Origin: Hydrolagus affinis
Taxonomy: Eukaryota
Length of the DNA stretch: 63,431 nt
Reading direction: 5' to 3'
Assembly (NCBI GenBank): GCA_012026655.1
Contig: JAAILG010001667.1
Coordinates: 1-63,431, forward strand
In this document: positions 61,811 through 63,431 of the stretch, piece by piece
Layout of the letters: each line of letters opens with the position of its first letter
Numbering within the stretch: position 1 is the first letter of the stretch
Translations under genes and position numbers: made by a program
The notes under the pieces: model-generated
Databases searched by the model: none
Told to the model about the DNA's origin: nothing
What the model saw: the letters and a program-made list of their open reading frames with translations, nothing else

Positions 61811-62789
61811 CATGAACCAGAATCGACTCTGGTTAACGTTTGGATCATCAGTTTGAAGTGAAATGAAATAATTCAGTTTCCATTAGGACACGGGCAGTGG
61901 TTTCAAAAGTAAAACTGTTTGCAGAAAATTTAATTTATTTTAAAAGAGAATCTTTGACTTTTCCAGCAGCTCCTTCAGTTAGCTGTAGCTTTTATTGACA
62001 GCACAGGAATGTCTATTCGAGGACCACGTTAGTGGCGGGGAGTCCATTTATTTTTAACCAAACTGTTTTTGCGATTACCACATAGACGCAAATAATCTCA
62101 GTTAAGCAGCAAGGGCTGGTCTCCTTGATAGGCAGACAGTTCATTCAGTGATAATGGGTTTGGATGAAATGTATTTGTCAGAAGTGAAAGATGACAATGA
62201 GCAAAGATTAGACAAACTATAATTATAATCCTTGCATTTAAACAGTACCTGATCACATCGTTGATGCGTCTCAAAGTGTTTCACAGAACATATCTATTCA
62301 ACACTAGAAACCCCACTTGTAAATCATTGCTGTACGCTCTCCAATCCTACAATATCCTTCCTGTAATAATTTTTCCCCAAGTACAGTATTTATCAATTTC
62401 CTTTTTAAATGCTGTTACTGGTTAGCCGCCAACTGTCACAAGGCGCTCTACACTCTGAACTATTCTGTTTTGTATCCTCCCTCTTTTCTTTATAAGGCAC
62501 CAGTGTGCAGTTAACCCCTCTCATCCTTCAAAGACTAAATCTTCATTTGGATGTCTATATCTTCACACGTTTGACATGTTTCACAGATGCTTTGAACAAA
62601 AACAGCTAATTTACAACTTCAATGAAAATGCTGCTAAAATCGGTCAGGAGACACATTCAGAGACGCAGAAAGAAGAACGGCCCTTTGACAACAAATACTG
62701 CAGACAAAAGAAACAATGGGTCCGTTTCACCAGCAGAATCCCCCTACCCCTCTCCATTTAAACCTCTCAGAGCAAACCAAAGATCCTGT

Positions 62790-63431
62790 TATAATCTCAC
62801 CATCCACCTCAACCTTCAAGGCACAGTCCTTGACTGGTTCCATTCCTACCTGACCCACCACCTACATTTTGTATCTTCTAACGGTTTCTCTTCAAACCCC
62901 CGCACAGTTTCTCATGGCGTCCCCCAGGGCTCTGTCCTTGGCCCCATCCTTTTCACCATTTACACGCTCCCTCTGGGTGATGTCATCCGCAAACATGGGG
63001 TAAATTTCCACATGTATGCAGACGACACCCAACTGTACCTTTCTGCCTCATCCCTCAACCCCCAGACCATCGATGCTCTGACAGCATGTCTGTCCGACAT
63101 CGAGTCCTGGACGAGGGACAATTTCCTCCAATTGAACGTGAGCAAGACCGAGGCCCTCCTGATTGGCTCAAGCCAGCGCCTCCGCACATCGGGCGCTGCC
63201 AGCCCCAACATCCAAGGCTGTACTCTCCACCTCACAAAGCCAGTCAGGAACCTCGGCATCACATTCGACCATAAACTCTCCTTCCTCCCCCACATCCGTG
63301 CCTTGACCGGCACTGCTTATTTCCACTTGCGCAACATTGCCAGGCTCCGCAACCATCTCAGCCCCCCAAGCGGCCGAAACACTCGTGCACGCGTACATCA
63401 CCTCACGGTTGGAATACGGAAACTCTCTCCT
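62790..63431 (+). mobile_element. L2 LINE RT fragment (continues off window)
   Basis: [21 protein letters not shown]...[12 protein letters not shown]...LQLNVSKTE. Confidence 0.92.

Overview
Vertebrate genomic DNA, not prokaryotic. The repeat landscape (tRNA-derived SINEs with L2-type tails, DeuSINE cores, L2 and CR1 LINEs) suggests a cartilaginous fish, probably a chimaera; that assignment is an inference. The window is occupied by the talin-1 gene (TLN1) on the minus strand. It holds 39 coding exons, from the start codon at 59626 to the exon ending GGNPK at 1175 (about 1786 codons: FERM head F0-F3, linker, and rod to about R9). The gene continues past the left edge and the non-coding first exon lies beyond the right edge. 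Exon numbers follow human TLN1 (exon 2 = first coding exon). One exon is mostly hidden in an assembly gap and one intron is GC-AG. Introns are packed with SINEs, L2/CR1 fragments, Tigger-like and hAT-like MITEs and an LTR. The most unusual items are: (1) a Tigger-like MITE in intron 26 whose two halves enclose about 560 bp of non-transposon DNA carrying what looks like a decayed copy of the talin internal leader exon known from TLN2 at the equivalent intron; (2) a perfect 56-bp inverted repeat bracketing exon 13; (3) a multi-level nest of hAT MITE, L2, LTR and L2 tail in intron 27.
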